A stretch of 64,000 bases of DNA, taken from IMG/VR virus record IMGVR_UViG_3300027759_000045, positions 62,001 to 126,000 of that record; one strand, given 5' to 3'. How positions within the stretch are numbered: the first letter of the stretch is position 1; every line of letters begins with the position of its first letter. Of the stretch, positions 10,538-20,597 are shown one piece after another. Position numbers and translations under genes: made by a program. A model generated the notes under the pieces. It searched no databases and was not told where the DNA came from. It worked only from the letters and a program-made list of their open reading frames with translations.

Positions 10538-10801
10538 ATGTCACAACCCAAACTATTCAGCGGCGATCAAAAGATCAAACTCACTCAAATTATCAACGAG
10601 GGCATGCAGGTCATGCATGAAATTGACACACTGCAAGGCGGCCTCACTGATACTGTTAAAGCCATTGCGGAAGAACTTGAAGTCAAGCCATCCACACTAA
10701 AAAAAGCAATTCGTATTGCGCACAAAGCAAGCCTGACACAAGCCAATCAAGAACATGAAGATCTTAACACTATTTTAGAAACCGTTGGCAAAACTCTATA
10801 A
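10538..10801 (+). CDS. small helical protein, possibly T4 DsbA-like dsDNA-binding protein
   Basis: 87 aa; AGGAG RBS; IAEELEVKPSTLKKAIRIAHK helix pattern; family call from recollection. Confidence 0.5.
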   Translation: MSQPKLFSGDQKIKLTQIINEGMQVMHEIDTLQGGLTDTVKAIAEELEVKPSTLKKAIRIAHKASLTQANQEHEDLNTILETVGKTL

Positions 10802-10873
10802 GTACTGTTTTACAACAGCGAGTCGTTCCCGTAAGGAACATGAATCACGGCTTACCGGCCATAAACGGAGACT

Positions 10874-13531
10874 ATGAGTTATATTGACGCCTTATACGAT
10901 CGCGAACGCGATAGAATTCACGTTGTAGAACGCCGAGACGGCGTGAGGAAATACCAAGAGTATCCTGCCAACTACATCTTTTACTTTGACGACCCACGTG
11001 GTAAGTTCCAAAGCATTTACGGCACACCTGTGAGTCGTTTCAGCACACGCAACAACAAAGAATTCCGCAAGGAAGTTCGCATGCACTCCGGCAAACAATT
11101 GTATGAGAGTGATATCAATCCCATCTTTCGTTGCCTGGAAGAAAACTACAAAGACCAAGACGCACCAGAACTCAATGTTGCATTTTTTGACATTGAAGTA
11201 GACTTTGACAAAGAGCGAGGGTTCTCGCCTGTGGATGATCCGTTCAATCCTATCACTGCAATCTCAGTCTACCTAAACTGGCTGGATCAATTGGTCACAC
11301 TGGCAGTTCCGCCTCGTGGGTTAAGTTGGGAAACTGCACAAGACCTTGTGAAGGACTTTGAAAACACCATGCTGTTTGAACGAGAAGAGGATATGATCAA
11401 AACATTCCTGGACTTGATTGAAGATGCAGATGTGCTGAGTGGGTGGAACTCAGAGGGCTACGATATTCCATACACTGTGAATCGTTGTACTCGTGTGCTG
11501 AGCAAAGACGACACTCGTAAATTCTGCCTGTGGGGACAACTGCCCAAGATGCGCATGTTCGAACGCTTTGGCAGTGAGAATCAAACTTATGATCTAGTGG
11601 GTCGTGTGCATATGGACTATATGCAACTGTATCGCAAGTACACATATGAAGAACGGCACAGCTACAGTTTAGATGCCATTGGCGAATACGAACTAGATGA
11701 ACGCAAGACACAGTTCGAAGGCACCTTGGATGCTTTGTACAATCAACACTTTAAAAAGTTTATTGAATATAACAGACAAGATACGCTGTTGTTGCATAAA
11801 CTGGATCGTAAACTACAGTTCTTAAGCCTGGCCAGCGAACTGGCACATGCCAACACAGTGCTACTACAAACCACAATGGGTGCTGTGGCAGTGACTGAGC
11901 AGGCCATTATCAATGAAGCACACGAACGTGGCATGGTGGTGCCAAATCGCAAACAACGTCTCACAGACGACGACACGCAGGCTGCAGGTGCGTATGTTGC
12001 GTATCCTAAGAAAGGCCTGCATGACTGGATTGGATCTGTTGACATCAACAGCCTGTATCCATCGGCTATTCGTGCTATGAATATGGGACCAGAAACAGTA
12101 GTAGGACAACTGCGTCCTATCATGACTGATCACTACATCAAAGAAAAGATAGCCAAGGGTGCAAGTTTTGCAGCCGCATGGGAGGGTCTGTTTGGCAGCT
12201 TGGAATACACTGCTGTGATGGAACAGCAACGTGGTACAGAGATCACCATTGACTGGCAGGATGGCACAGAAAGCACACACAGTGCCGCAGAGATCTGGAC
12301 CATTATGTTTGACAGCAACCAGCCTTGGATCATGAGTGCTAATGGAACTATCCTTACATATGAGAAGAAGGGTATCATTCCTGGCTTGCTGGAACGCTGG
12401 TATTCGGAACGTAAAGAACTGCAGGCCAAGAAAAAAACAGCCAAAGATAAAAAAGAAGAAGCATTCTGGGACAAGCGGCAACTGGTCAAGAAGATTAACT
12501 TGAACAGCCTGTATGGTGCTATTTTGAATAGTGGCTGTAGATTCTTTGATCATCGCATTGGACAAAGCACTACACTAACTGGTCGTGCCATTGCCCGGCA
12601 TATGGATGCACACATTAATGAGTGTATCACAGGTGTGTATGATCACACAGGTGAAGCCATTATCTATGGTGACACAGACTCCTGCTACTTCACTGCTTGG
12701 CCGGTGTTGAAGAAAGAAGTGGCAGAAGGTCGCATGCAGTGGTCAAAAGAAACTTGCATCCAACTGTATGATTCTGTTGCTGAACAGGTTAATGAGAGTT
12801 TTCCGGGGTTTATGGAACAGGCATTTCATTGTCCACGTGAAATGGGTGCGCTGATTGCGGCCGGGCGAGAACTGGTAGCAGATCGTGGCCTGTTTATCAC
12901 AAAGAAACGCTATGCTGTAAACATCATCGACTTAGAAGGCAAGAGACTGGATGTAGACGGCAAGAAGGGCAAGACCAAGGCCATGGGCTTGGATCTGAAA
13001 CGATCAGACACACCTAAAGTTATTCAAGACTTTTTGTTAGAAATTCTAAATAGTACACTGCATGGTGCCACACGTGAATCTATCATTGAACGTATTCGTG
13101 AATTCAAGTATGAGTTTATGGAACGGCCAGGTTGGGAAAAAGGTAGTCCCAAGCGTGTGAACAACTTGACCAAGTATGGCGCAGAAGAAGCCAGACTGGG
13201 CAAAGCAAATATGCCAGGCCATGTGCGAGCTGCCATGAACTGGAACAACATGCGTAAGATGAACGGTGACAACTACAGTATGCAAATTGTTGATGGTATG
13301 AAAACTATTGTGTGCAAACTTAAAAGCAATGCTCTTGGCTGGACCAGCATTGGCTATCCCACAGATGAGCAACGACTGCCTGCATGGTTTACAGAACTGC
13401 CGTTTGATGATGGATTGATGGAGGCAACTGTTGTGGATCAAAAGATTGATAACTTGCTGGGTGTGTTGGATTGGGACTTGGCCAGTGCCACCAACACAGA
13501 GAATACATTCCAAACATTATTTGAATGGTGA
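10874..13531 (+). CDS. polB: family B DNA polymerase (T4 gp43-like)
   Basis: exonuclease FFDIEV and GWNS..YDIPY; polymerase SVDINSLYPS, KINLNSLYG, YGDTDS, KKRY. Confidence 0.97.
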   Translation: MSYIDALYDRERDRIHVVERRDGVRKYQEYPANYIFYFDDPRGKFQSIYGTPVSRFSTRNNKEFRKEVRMHSGKQLYESDINPIFRCLEENYKDQDAPELNVAFFDIEVDFDKERGFSPVDDPFNPITAISVYLNWLDQLVTLAVPPRGLSWETAQDLVKDFENTMLFEREEDMIKTFLDLIEDADVLSGWNSEGYDIPYTVNRCTRVLSKDDTRKFCLWGQLPKMRMFERFGSENQTYDLVGRVHMDYMQLYRKYTYEERHSYSLDAIGEYELDERKTQFEGTLDALYNQHFKKFIEYNRQDTLLLHKLDRKLQFLSLASELAHANTVLLQTTMGAVAVTEQAIINEAHERGMVVPNRKQRLTDDDTQAAGAYVAYPKKGLHDWIGSVDINSLYPSAIRAMNMGPETVVGQLRPIMTDHYIKEKIAKGASFAAAWEGLFGSLEYTAVMEQQRGTEITIDWQDGTESTHSAAEIWTIMFDSNQPWIMSANGTILTYEKKGIIPGLLERWYSERKELQAKKKTAKDKKEEAFWDKRQLVKKINLNSLYGAILNSGCRFFDHRIGQSTTLTGRAIARHMDAHINECITGVYDHTGEAIIYGDTDSCYFTAWPVLKKEVAEGRMQWSKETCIQLYDSVAEQVNESFPGFMEQAFHCPREMGALIAAGRELVADRGLFITKKRYAVNIIDLEGKRLDVDGKKGKTKAMGLDLKRSDTPKVIQDFLLEILNSTLHGATRESIIERIREFKYEFMERPGWEKGSPKRVNNLTKYGAEEARLGKANMPGHVRAAMNWNNMRKMNGDNYSMQIVDGMKTIVCKLKSNALGWTSIGYPTDEQRLPAWFTELPFDDGLMEATVVDQKIDNLLGVLDWDLASATNTENTFQTLFEW

Positions 13532-13534
13532 TCT

Positions 13535-14500
13535 ATGAAACTCAGTGAATTAGTTGCGTACCGTAACCACTTGTTAGAATTTGATGTTAACAACATCCAA
13601 TATACTGCACGACATAAACTAGAAGAAATAGTGTACGGTGTACAGAATAGTGTGATACAGCCACGTGCGTTTACGCAAACTCTTAAAGAAGATCAAACTC
13701 GTGTGGTAAATGCGTTTGACCATTTTGCGTCTACCTTAAACGAATTAACAAATGAGTTAGACACCATGATCGAGACGGCTGAAAAAATACAGTACGCCGA
13801 AAGCACCAGGTTGTACACTGAAGAAATGGCACGATATGGTCGACTTGACGAGCCTACAAATAAAAAAGTCAATCAGCACATTCTAGATCGTCGTATGCCA
13901 ATGACTGCGGATGTACAACAGATGATTTCTAATCGTATCAAAAGTTATGTTGATTGGAAGTACCCAGGATTAATTATCCGTCCTGGGGTCGAAACTTTTA
14001 TACATGATTTAGTAGCTTTGGATCCGCTGTACATTGTTGATCACAGTGCAGAACTATTGCAACCTGCATTGGTTGCGTTTCCTGAAGAATACCGCCGCAG
14101 GCTACGAATGTACGAGCAAGATCCATGCTCGGCTGACGTGCTGGCCACAATGCCCAACAATCAATTTGGATTGTGCCTGGCATTTAACTTTTTTGAGTTT
14201 ACTCCAATTGAAGTGCTAGAACAATACTTGAAAAATATTTTTAACAAGTTACGCCCAGGGGGCATATTAGCAATGACATTCAACGATTGCGATCGAGCAC
14301 ACTGTGTTGCGTTAGTTGAAAAGAATTTCTGCTTCTATACTCCGGGACAACGAGTTAAGGCAACTGCAAAATCAATTGGATATAAACAAATGTTCAGTTG
14401 GACAGACGCAGGTAATCTAACTTGGTTAGAATTACGAAAACCTGGCGAACTTGAAAGCATCCGTGGTGGACAGACTTTGGCAAAAATAGTTAACAAATAA
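13535..14500 (+). CDS. class I SAM-dependent methyltransferase-like protein
   Basis: C-terminal YLKNIFNKLRPGGILAMTFND. Confidence 0.7.
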   Translation: MKLSELVAYRNHLLEFDVNNIQYTARHKLEEIVYGVQNSVIQPRAFTQTLKEDQTRVVNAFDHFASTLNELTNELDTMIETAEKIQYAESTRLYTEEMARYGRLDEPTNKKVNQHILDRRMPMTADVQQMISNRIKSYVDWKYPGLIIRPGVETFIHDLVALDPLYIVDHSAELLQPALVAFPEEYRRRLRMYEQDPCSADVLATMPNNQFGLCLAFNFFEFTPIEVLEQYLKNIFNKLRPGGILAMTFNDCDRAHCVALVEKNFCFYTPGQRVKATAKSIGYKQMFSWTDAGNLTWLELRKPGELESIRGGQTLAKIVNK

Positions 14501-14501
14501 C

Positions 14502-14530
14502 TTGCAAAATCTAAATAAACCATATACAAT
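14502..14530 (+). promoter_or_regulatory. sigma70 promoter with nested TAAATA late-type motif
   Basis: TTGCAA-N17-TACAAT; TAAATA at 14512-17. Confidence 0.65.
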
Positions 14531-14550
14531 ACACAATAGGAGAATTAAAC

Positions 14551-15273
14551 ATGAGAGATCATTTATTAGACTTGGTTGAACACACACTTGATTTGGGTGT
14601 GATCGATTTGGTAAAAATTACAGGCACAGAAGAAGACACAGTTATTTCCGGGCTGGCAGAAGATAGGTCTGTGGTAGTTGAAGGCAAGTTTGCTAACCCA
14701 GTGCCAGACTTCGTTGGCAACTTTGGTATGCCTAACTTGAGCAAACTAAAAATCTTGTTGAACTTACAAGAGTATCGTGAGGATGCCAAACTCAGTATCA
14801 CACGTCGCACTACAGGCGAGCCTGACGGCATTAATTTTGAAAACAAGCTAGGTGACTTTAAAAACAGTTATCGCTTTATGGCCAGTGAGATTGTGAATGA
14901 GAAACTTAAGACTGTTAAGTTTAAAGGAGTTAACTGGCACATTGAATTTGAGCCAACCAATGCCAGCATCATGCGTCTAAAGATGCAGGCACAGGCCAAC
15001 AGTGAAGAAACAAACTTCCAGGCAAAAACAGAAAATGGCAATTTAATGTTTTTCTTTGGTGACCATTCAACACATGCAGGCAACTTTGTGTTCCAGCCTG
15101 GTATCACTGGTCAATTGAAACGTGCGTGGTCATGGCCCATCAAAACATTCATTTCCATCATGGATCTCACCGGTGACAAAGTTGTGAAGATCAGTGACGA
15201 TGGTGCCGCAATGATTACAGTGGACTCTGGACTGGCTGTTTACAACTATATCTTACCAGCACAGAGCAAGTAA
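14551..15273 (+). CDS. probable DNA sliding clamp (gp45-like)
   Basis: 240 aa, alternating beta/alpha pattern, near the polymerase, AGGAG RBS; call from size, context and recollection. Confidence 0.6.
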   Translation: MRDHLLDLVEHTLDLGVIDLVKITGTEEDTVISGLAEDRSVVVEGKFANPVPDFVGNFGMPNLSKLKILLNLQEYREDAKLSITRRTTGEPDGINFENKLGDFKNSYRFMASEIVNEKLKTVKFKGVNWHIEFEPTNASIMRLKMQAQANSEETNFQAKTENGNLMFFFGDHSTHAGNFVFQPGITGQLKRAWSWPIKTFISIMDLTGDKVVKISDDGAAMITVDSGLAVYNYILPAQSK

Positions 15274-15482
15274 TGGAAACTAAAAAACGCACAGTGGTCA
15301 GGATGCTGACTTATCGTCTGACTGCATGGCTATTTACAATCTTTTGGACTTATATGTTCACAGGCAACATTGCCAATGCCACAGGTTTTGCTACTGCACT
15401 ACATATTCTTTTAAGTGTTGACTATTACATACATGAACGAATCTGGCTCAAAATCAAATGGGGCAGAATTGACTCAAGATAA
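15273..15482 (+). CDS. DUF2061-like small membrane protein
   Basis: ETKKRT...YR...YYIHERIW.KIKWG pattern with two hydrophobic segments. Confidence 0.75.
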   Translation: METKKRTVVRMLTYRLTAWLFTIFWTYMFTGNIANATGFATALHILLSVDYYIHERIWLKIKWGRIDSR

Positions 15483-17037
15483 TCTCACTGCCAAGCAGAA
15501 TGACTATGCTGTGTTCTTGCCTGCTATATCTGGCTTCTATGCCACGTTCATAGGCAAACAACGTGATCCAGTTAATGGACCTTATATAGAACCTGCACGT
15601 ATGCCACAGGGCATGCCGGATATGGAACAGATGAATTGGCTCAACAGTCAAACAGGTCTGTTCCCATACCGGTGGAGCCTGTATTCAGGCGGCCATGCCA
15701 ACTTGGACTTAAACAAACCGGACTGGTCTGAAGATATGGTTCGCAATCGTGAGCCCGGCACAGTGATCTTAGGTGACTCTGGTGGATTCCAGATTGCTAA
15801 AGGCTTGTGGGAAGGTGACTGGAAAGCCAACTCAGGTTGTGCCAAAGCACAGAAGAAACGTGATGCTGTGCTTAAATGGTTGGATGGTGTGTCTGATTAC
15901 GGCATGATCTTGGATATTCCAACCTGGGTTATTCACGATAAAAAAGCCAGTGCCGCTTGTCAGATTACTACACTGCAAGAAGCAGTTGACGCTACCAAGT
16001 ATAACAACGATTACTTTATGAAACACCGCAAAGGTGTTAAAAATGGCGGTGCCAAGTTCTTAAACGTGTTGCAAGGTGCCAATCATGCTGATGCAGATCG
16101 TTGGTACGACATGATGAAAGAGTATTGTGATCCTGCAAAATATCCCGACACACACTTCAATGGGTGGTCAATGGGCGGACAGAACATGTGCGATGTGCAC
16201 CTGGTGCTACGACGATTGGTGGCACTGCGACATGATAACCTACTACAACCAGGTGTTCATGATTGGATGCACTTCTTGGGCACAAGCAAGTTGGAATGGG
16301 CTGTGTTGCTCACCGTGATTCAAAGGGCAGTACGTAAATATGTGAATCCACAATTTACTATCAGCTTTGATTGTGCCAGCCCATTCCTTGCCACAGCCAA
16401 CGGTCAAGTGTACCACGAGATTGTGTTGCCGCACAACGGCAAGTGGAGTTACAGAATGAATCCTATTGTGGATGACAAGAAGTACGCTGCCGACACACGC
16501 CCATTTAGTCAAGGCGTTGTAGCAGATGGATTGGTTGATACGTTTGAAGACAGTCCTATCAGTCGGCATTTGCAAATGAAAGATATTTGCTACTACCGAC
16601 CCGGTGACCTAAATAAAATTGGCAAAGAAGGCAAGACCAGTTGGGACAGTTTCAGCTATGCATTGCTGATGGGCCATAATGTTTGGTTGCATTTGGAATC
16701 AGTGCAACGTGCCAATCGTGAGTTTGATGCTGGCAACAGGCCCAGGATGATGTGGGACACATGCGGTGACCACACTAAATTTGAGGACATTGTAGAAGCA
16801 ATCTTTGCCACTGCCGATCGTGCAGAAGCAGAAGCTATCATCGAGCAGTATGATCGTTACTGGATGGATATTGTGGGCACACGTGGCTTCAAAGGTAAAA
16901 AGGCCAAAAACGCACACACTCAATTTAATAGTCTGTTCGAAACTGTTGACACAGATACAGAAGATAGTGTACAATTAGATGAAGAGGAATTGTCTGTAGA
17001 TAATTTGGATAAACTTGAACAGGAACAATCTAAATGA
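15469..17037 (+). CDS. dpdA: DpdA / tRNA-guanine-transglycosylase-like base-exchange enzyme
   Basis: ILGDSGGFQ TGT motif, LDIP, HFLG, SFDCASPF; probable TTG start at 15469; pathway genes nearby. Confidence 0.8.
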   Translation: MTQDNLTAKQNDYAVFLPAISGFYATFIGKQRDPVNGPYIEPARMPQGMPDMEQMNWLNSQTGLFPYRWSLYSGGHANLDLNKPDWSEDMVRNREPGTVILGDSGGFQIAKGLWEGDWKANSGCAKAQKKRDAVLKWLDGVSDYGMILDIPTWVIHDKKASAACQITTLQEAVDATKYNNDYFMKHRKGVKNGGAKFLNVLQGANHADADRWYDMMKEYCDPAKYPDTHFNGWSMGGQNMCDVHLVLRRLVALRHDNLLQPGVHDWMHFLGTSKLEWAVLLTVIQRAVRKYVNPQFTISFDCASPFLATANGQVYHEIVLPHNGKWSYRMNPIVDDKKYAADTRPFSQGVVADGLVDTFEDSPISRHLQMKDICYYRPGDLNKIGKEGKTSWDSFSYALLMGHNVWLHLESVQRANREFDAGNRPRMMWDTCGDHTKFEDIVEAIFATADRAEAEAIIEQYDRYWMDIVGTRGFKGKKAKNAHTQFNSLFETVDTDTEDSVQLDEEELSVDNLDKLEQEQSK

Positions 17038-17570
17038 ATAGAGAAGGACACGAAAATGTTAAGTTTTTCACAGGTGTAGAAGTAGAACATACTCCTGCCT
17101 ATGACAAGAAAACATTATTTGTAGTAGGGTTACAGCCAGTCAGTGAAATTCAAGATTGGATAGATGATTTTGCCGCCTATGAAGATGCCGCACAGCACAT
17201 TGAGCACATTTACTTTGGTGCCAATCAGAGCTTTCCTAATCTAAAAGTCAATGACGGTGCTGAGTGGGCCAAGTGGGAAACTATGATTTACCACTTCCTA
17301 GATCGAGACTATGTCTGCACATTAGATGTAGATGTGTCAAGTGTCGAAGGTTTAGTCGAAGGCGGATTTTGTGAACGTCACAACTTCATTCCGATGATTT
17401 CAGTAAAATTACCCTATGTACAACTGCTAGGATACAATGCTACAATCAAGTTAGACGATAAAGATTTTTCAGCCACCAACCCCGGTGTTTGGTGCCATAG
17501 TTTGCATACGTTACAAAATCGAAACAAATTCACTCCATGGTCTAAATACACAAAGGACAAAACAATATGA
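17034..17570 (+). CDS. hypothetical protein coupled between dpdA and dpdL
   Basis: ORF overlapping both neighbours by 4 nt; HIYFGANQSF. Confidence 0.85.
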   Translation: MNREGHENVKFFTGVEVEHTPAYDKKTLFVVGLQPVSEIQDWIDDFAAYEDAAQHIEHIYFGANQSFPNLKVNDGAEWAKWETMIYHFLDRDYVCTLDVDVSSVEGLVEGGFCERHNFIPMISVKLPYVQLLGYNATIKLDDKDFSATNPGVWCHSLHTLQNRNKFTPWSKYTKDKTI

Positions 17571-18025
17571 CACAACGAGAACAAGCACTAGCAGAGCAGG
17601 CTATTAGAATTATGGGTAGTGCGGAACGTAAAATTTGGGTCACGTTCCGCAAAGAAGGGATCCACAAATATCCCGCGGCAGCAACAGACCCTTCATTAGC
17701 AACAGGAGATGAATATGATGTATCGTTTTTGGGCTATCCTCATCGCCATATTTTTCATTTCAGGGTTTGGATTGACGTATTCCACAACGACCGAGATGTG
17801 GAATTTATACAATTCAAGCGATGGCTCGAAAAACTGTATTCTAGCAACCAAGGTGTATTGTCGCTAGATTACAAAAGTTGTGAAATGATCAGCGATGATC
17901 TGTACTTACAAATTGCCGCACGTTACCCCGACCGTGCAGTCTGGATCGAAGTGGCCGAAGATGGCGAGAACGGCGCTTTGATCAAATATGAAATTTCTCG
18001 TCCTAGTCTTAACATTAAAATTTAA
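17567..18025 (+). CDS. dpdL: QueD-paralogous T-fold protein, DpdL-like (putative CDG decarboxylase)
   Basis: LGYPHRHIF fits the LxxxHRHxF motif I recall for DpdL; also DRDVEFI and SCEMIS (T-fold pattern). Confidence 0.65.
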   Translation: MTQREQALAEQAIRIMGSAERKIWVTFRKEGIHKYPAAATDPSLATGDEYDVSFLGYPHRHIFHFRVWIDVFHNDRDVEFIQFKRWLEKLYSSNQGVLSLDYKSCEMISDDLYLQIAARYPDRAVWIEVAEDGENGALIKYEISRPSLNIKI

Positions 18026-18036
18026 AAGGATTTACC

Positions 18037-18258
18037 ATGGGTAAACAAGCAGTGTATTCTAACCCCAAGGCCCAGGCCGCGCAGGATGAGCTGGATCGTT
18101 TTCTAGACTTCTGCCGCGATTTTGGATATCGCTTTAACGAAGCAGACTTGTATAACTTCAAGAGTTATGCATGGCAACAATACAACAAGTTTTCACAGGG
18201 CAAGAATGCTCGTGACATGTGGGCCGAGGATGCTCGTCGTTTGAATAGACCTATCTAA
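18037..18258 (+). CDS. hypothetical protein, 73 aa
   Basis: ORF with AAGGA RBS. Confidence 0.75.
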   Translation: MGKQAVYSNPKAQAAQDELDRFLDFCRDFGYRFNEADLYNFKSYAWQQYNKFSQGKNARDMWAEDARRLNRPI

Positions 18259-18259
18259 C

Positions 18260-19462
18260 ATGAGAAAACTATACTACATGGGCCTAGAAAGTTACGAAGC
18301 CCGTTACACACTACAACTTACAGAATGGAACCGACGTGTGTTTGACCGTAGAGGTCTTGACGTGGTTTACGTTCCTGGTACAACTATTGATAACAGCCAA
18401 GCAATCAGCGTAGGCCAAGTGCTGGACGCACACGGACGCAGTTACTTTGGCATGAGTCAGATGATGAACTTGGTTCAGATGATGCGTCGAGGTGAAGTTA
18501 CTGGGGAAGATGTTATCTACTTTGAAGACATGTTTCAACCTGGCATCGAGTCCTTGCCATATATATTTGATCAGATTCCTGCTGACCAGCGTCCCAGGGT
18601 ATATGTACGCTGTCTAGCCCAGAGTATTGATCCCGATGACTTTGTGCATGTATGGGGCATGGCCAAGTGGATGGGCCTGTACGAACACATGGTCAATGAG
18701 TTTGTCACCGGAGTTCTCGCCACAAACGAAGAGATGGTTGCTCACATGCGCATTGCCGGATGGCGTGCTCCTATATACAATATTAGTGGCTTGGCATTTG
18801 GTAAAGAAGAAGTGCTAGAGCGCATCGGTGGTGCAGAGAATATCCGACCATTTGGTGAACGCAAACGTCGTGTAGGATTTGCCGCACGATTTGACCAAGA
18901 GAAGCAACCAGACTTCTACATGGACTTGATTGAAATGTATGGCCAGTTGACCAAAGAACCGTGCGAGTTTGCCATCTTCTCTGGTGGTCCTTTACGCAGT
19001 AACAACCCCAAGTATCTTGAACGTGCTAGAATGTACGAACAAGAAGGCAAGTTAAAAATTTATGATAATCTAAGCAAAAATGACTACTATAATCTTGTTA
19101 ATGATACTCGGGTGCTATTCAATTGTGCTTTACAAGACTGGGTATCCAATACTGTTTCTGAAGCCGATACTCTTGGGTGTAATGTGTTATATCCTGCTTA
19201 TCGTAGTTTCCCCGAGACATTCGCTAATGACCCTAATAGGCTCTACGTGCCTTGGAGCATAGATGATGCCTATCACAAGATGCAAAACTTATTGCGCGAT
19301 CCGCATCACAACATGGGCTTGATTTCAGATTGGAACGACGGCACCATTGATCGCGTTATTGACGTCATGACCGGACAAGGCGAGCAATGGAATCGTGCAG
19401 GCAATCGTTATCGCGACCATACTGCACACGAAAAATATCAAGTGAGAAGAATAGAAGAATGA
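18260..19462 (+). CDS. GT-B glycosyltransferase (GT4 / phage DNA glucosyltransferase-like)
   Basis: GFAARFDQEKQP...DWVSNTVSEADTLGCNVLYP (Ex7E-like motif). Confidence 0.75.
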   Translation: MRKLYYMGLESYEARYTLQLTEWNRRVFDRRGLDVVYVPGTTIDNSQAISVGQVLDAHGRSYFGMSQMMNLVQMMRRGEVTGEDVIYFEDMFQPGIESLPYIFDQIPADQRPRVYVRCLAQSIDPDDFVHVWGMAKWMGLYEHMVNEFVTGVLATNEEMVAHMRIAGWRAPIYNISGLAFGKEEVLERIGGAENIRPFGERKRRVGFAARFDQEKQPDFYMDLIEMYGQLTKEPCEFAIFSGGPLRSNNPKYLERARMYEQEGKLKIYDNLSKNDYYNLVNDTRVLFNCALQDWVSNTVSEADTLGCNVLYPAYRSFPETFANDPNRLYVPWSIDDAYHKMQNLLRDPHHNMGLISDWNDGTIDRVIDVMTGQGEQWNRAGNRYRDHTAHEKYQVRRIEE

Positions 19463-19656
19463 CGCCTCGGGAACAAAGTTTCTGCTATCTCAAGCAGTAT
19501 ATTTGTGCTCAAACAACCGCTCCTTGGATTGCCAAAATGAACGACGTAGAAGATCGGGCTCGTTGTGCGTTACAGCACTTGGGTGGCATGGCAGGAGATT
19601 GGTATCCGTATCGTCATGAATGCCAGTACTATTATCCACAAAGGAAACAAGAATGA
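19459..19656 (+). CDS. hypothetical protein, 65 aa
   Basis: ATGA overlaps at both ends. Confidence 0.55.
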   Translation: MTPREQSFCYLKQYICAQTTAPWIAKMNDVEDRARCALQHLGGMAGDWYPYRHECQYYYPQRKQE

Positions 19657-20597
19657 ATGTAGTAGTCACCGGCTCAGCCGGATACATTGGCGGGCAAGTT
19701 GCCTTGCAGTTGAAAGACGCAGGGCATACAGTTTTGGGCATTGACCGTAGACCTTTGCAGCCACATCAAAAAGGTCTACTTGATAGTTTTGTACTGGCAG
19801 ACTTTGATAGTGATACAGCATTTAAAAAGTTATTAAACGTGCGGCCTGATGCCATTGTGCATTGTGCAGGCACCAGTCTGGTTGGCCCTAGCATTAAGAA
19901 TCCAAGTGAGTACTACTTTAACAATGTGGCCAAGACACTGGAGTTGATTACTTTCATAACACGGGCCATGCCTCGGACTAGAATTATCTTTAGTTCTAGT
20001 GCGGCAACCTATGGTGAACCTGTGATGAATCCCATCTGCGAAGTGGATCCAACCGAGCCAGTCAGTCCATATGGACAAAGTAAACTGATGATTGACATGA
20101 TGTTAGAATCGTATCGCCGGGCATACGGGCTTGACTATGTTAGTTTCCGCTACTTTAACGCATGTGGTGCGGATCCCCGAGCCAGACACGGACAAGAACC
20201 CGGCGCTACACACATCATTGCTCGAGTGTTAGAAAGTATTAGAGATGATCAAGAGTTCACACTTTACGGTGATAACTATCCTACCGCAGATGGCACTTGC
20301 ATTCGAGACTATGTACACGTGGATGATATTGCTCGTGCTCATGTGTTGGCGTTGGATCAAACAATTCCTGCAGGCATTTACAATCTTGGGTCAAACACAG
20401 GCACTAGTAATCGTGAAATTATTGCGGCAGCCGAACGTATCACAGGTAAGACATTAAAGTTTACAATAGGAGAACAACGTGTGGGCGATCCTCCTATGCT
20501 GACAGCCAGTGCAGATAAGTTTAATGCTGTGGCCGGTACATGGCAATTGCATAATTTAGATGACATGATTCGTCATGCCTGGGCCTGGTATGTTTGA
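19653..20597 (+). CDS. galE: UDP-glucose 4-epimerase
   Basis: TGSAGYIG, FSSSAATYG, SPYGQSK, RYFNACGAD, DGTCIRDYVHV. Confidence 0.92.
   Translation: MNVVVTGSAGYIGGQVALQLKDAGHTVLGIDRRPLQPHQKGLLDSFVLADFDSDTAFKKLLNVRPDAIVHCAGTSLVGPSIKNPSEYYFNNVAKTLELITFITRAMPRTRIIFSSSAATYGEPVMNPICEVDPTEPVSPYGQSKLMIDMMLESYRRAYGLDYVSFRYFNACGADPRARHGQEPGATHIIARVLESIRDDQEFTLYGDNYPTADGTCIRDYVHVDDIARAHVLALDQTIPAGIYNLGSNTGTSNREIIAAAERITGKTLKFTIGEQRVGDPPMLTASADKFNAVAGTWQLHNLDDMIRHAWAWYV

Noticed and set aside
10874-13531. Intein or intron in the DNA polymerase
   Set aside because: Length is typical, motifs are contiguous, and no splicing motifs were seen.
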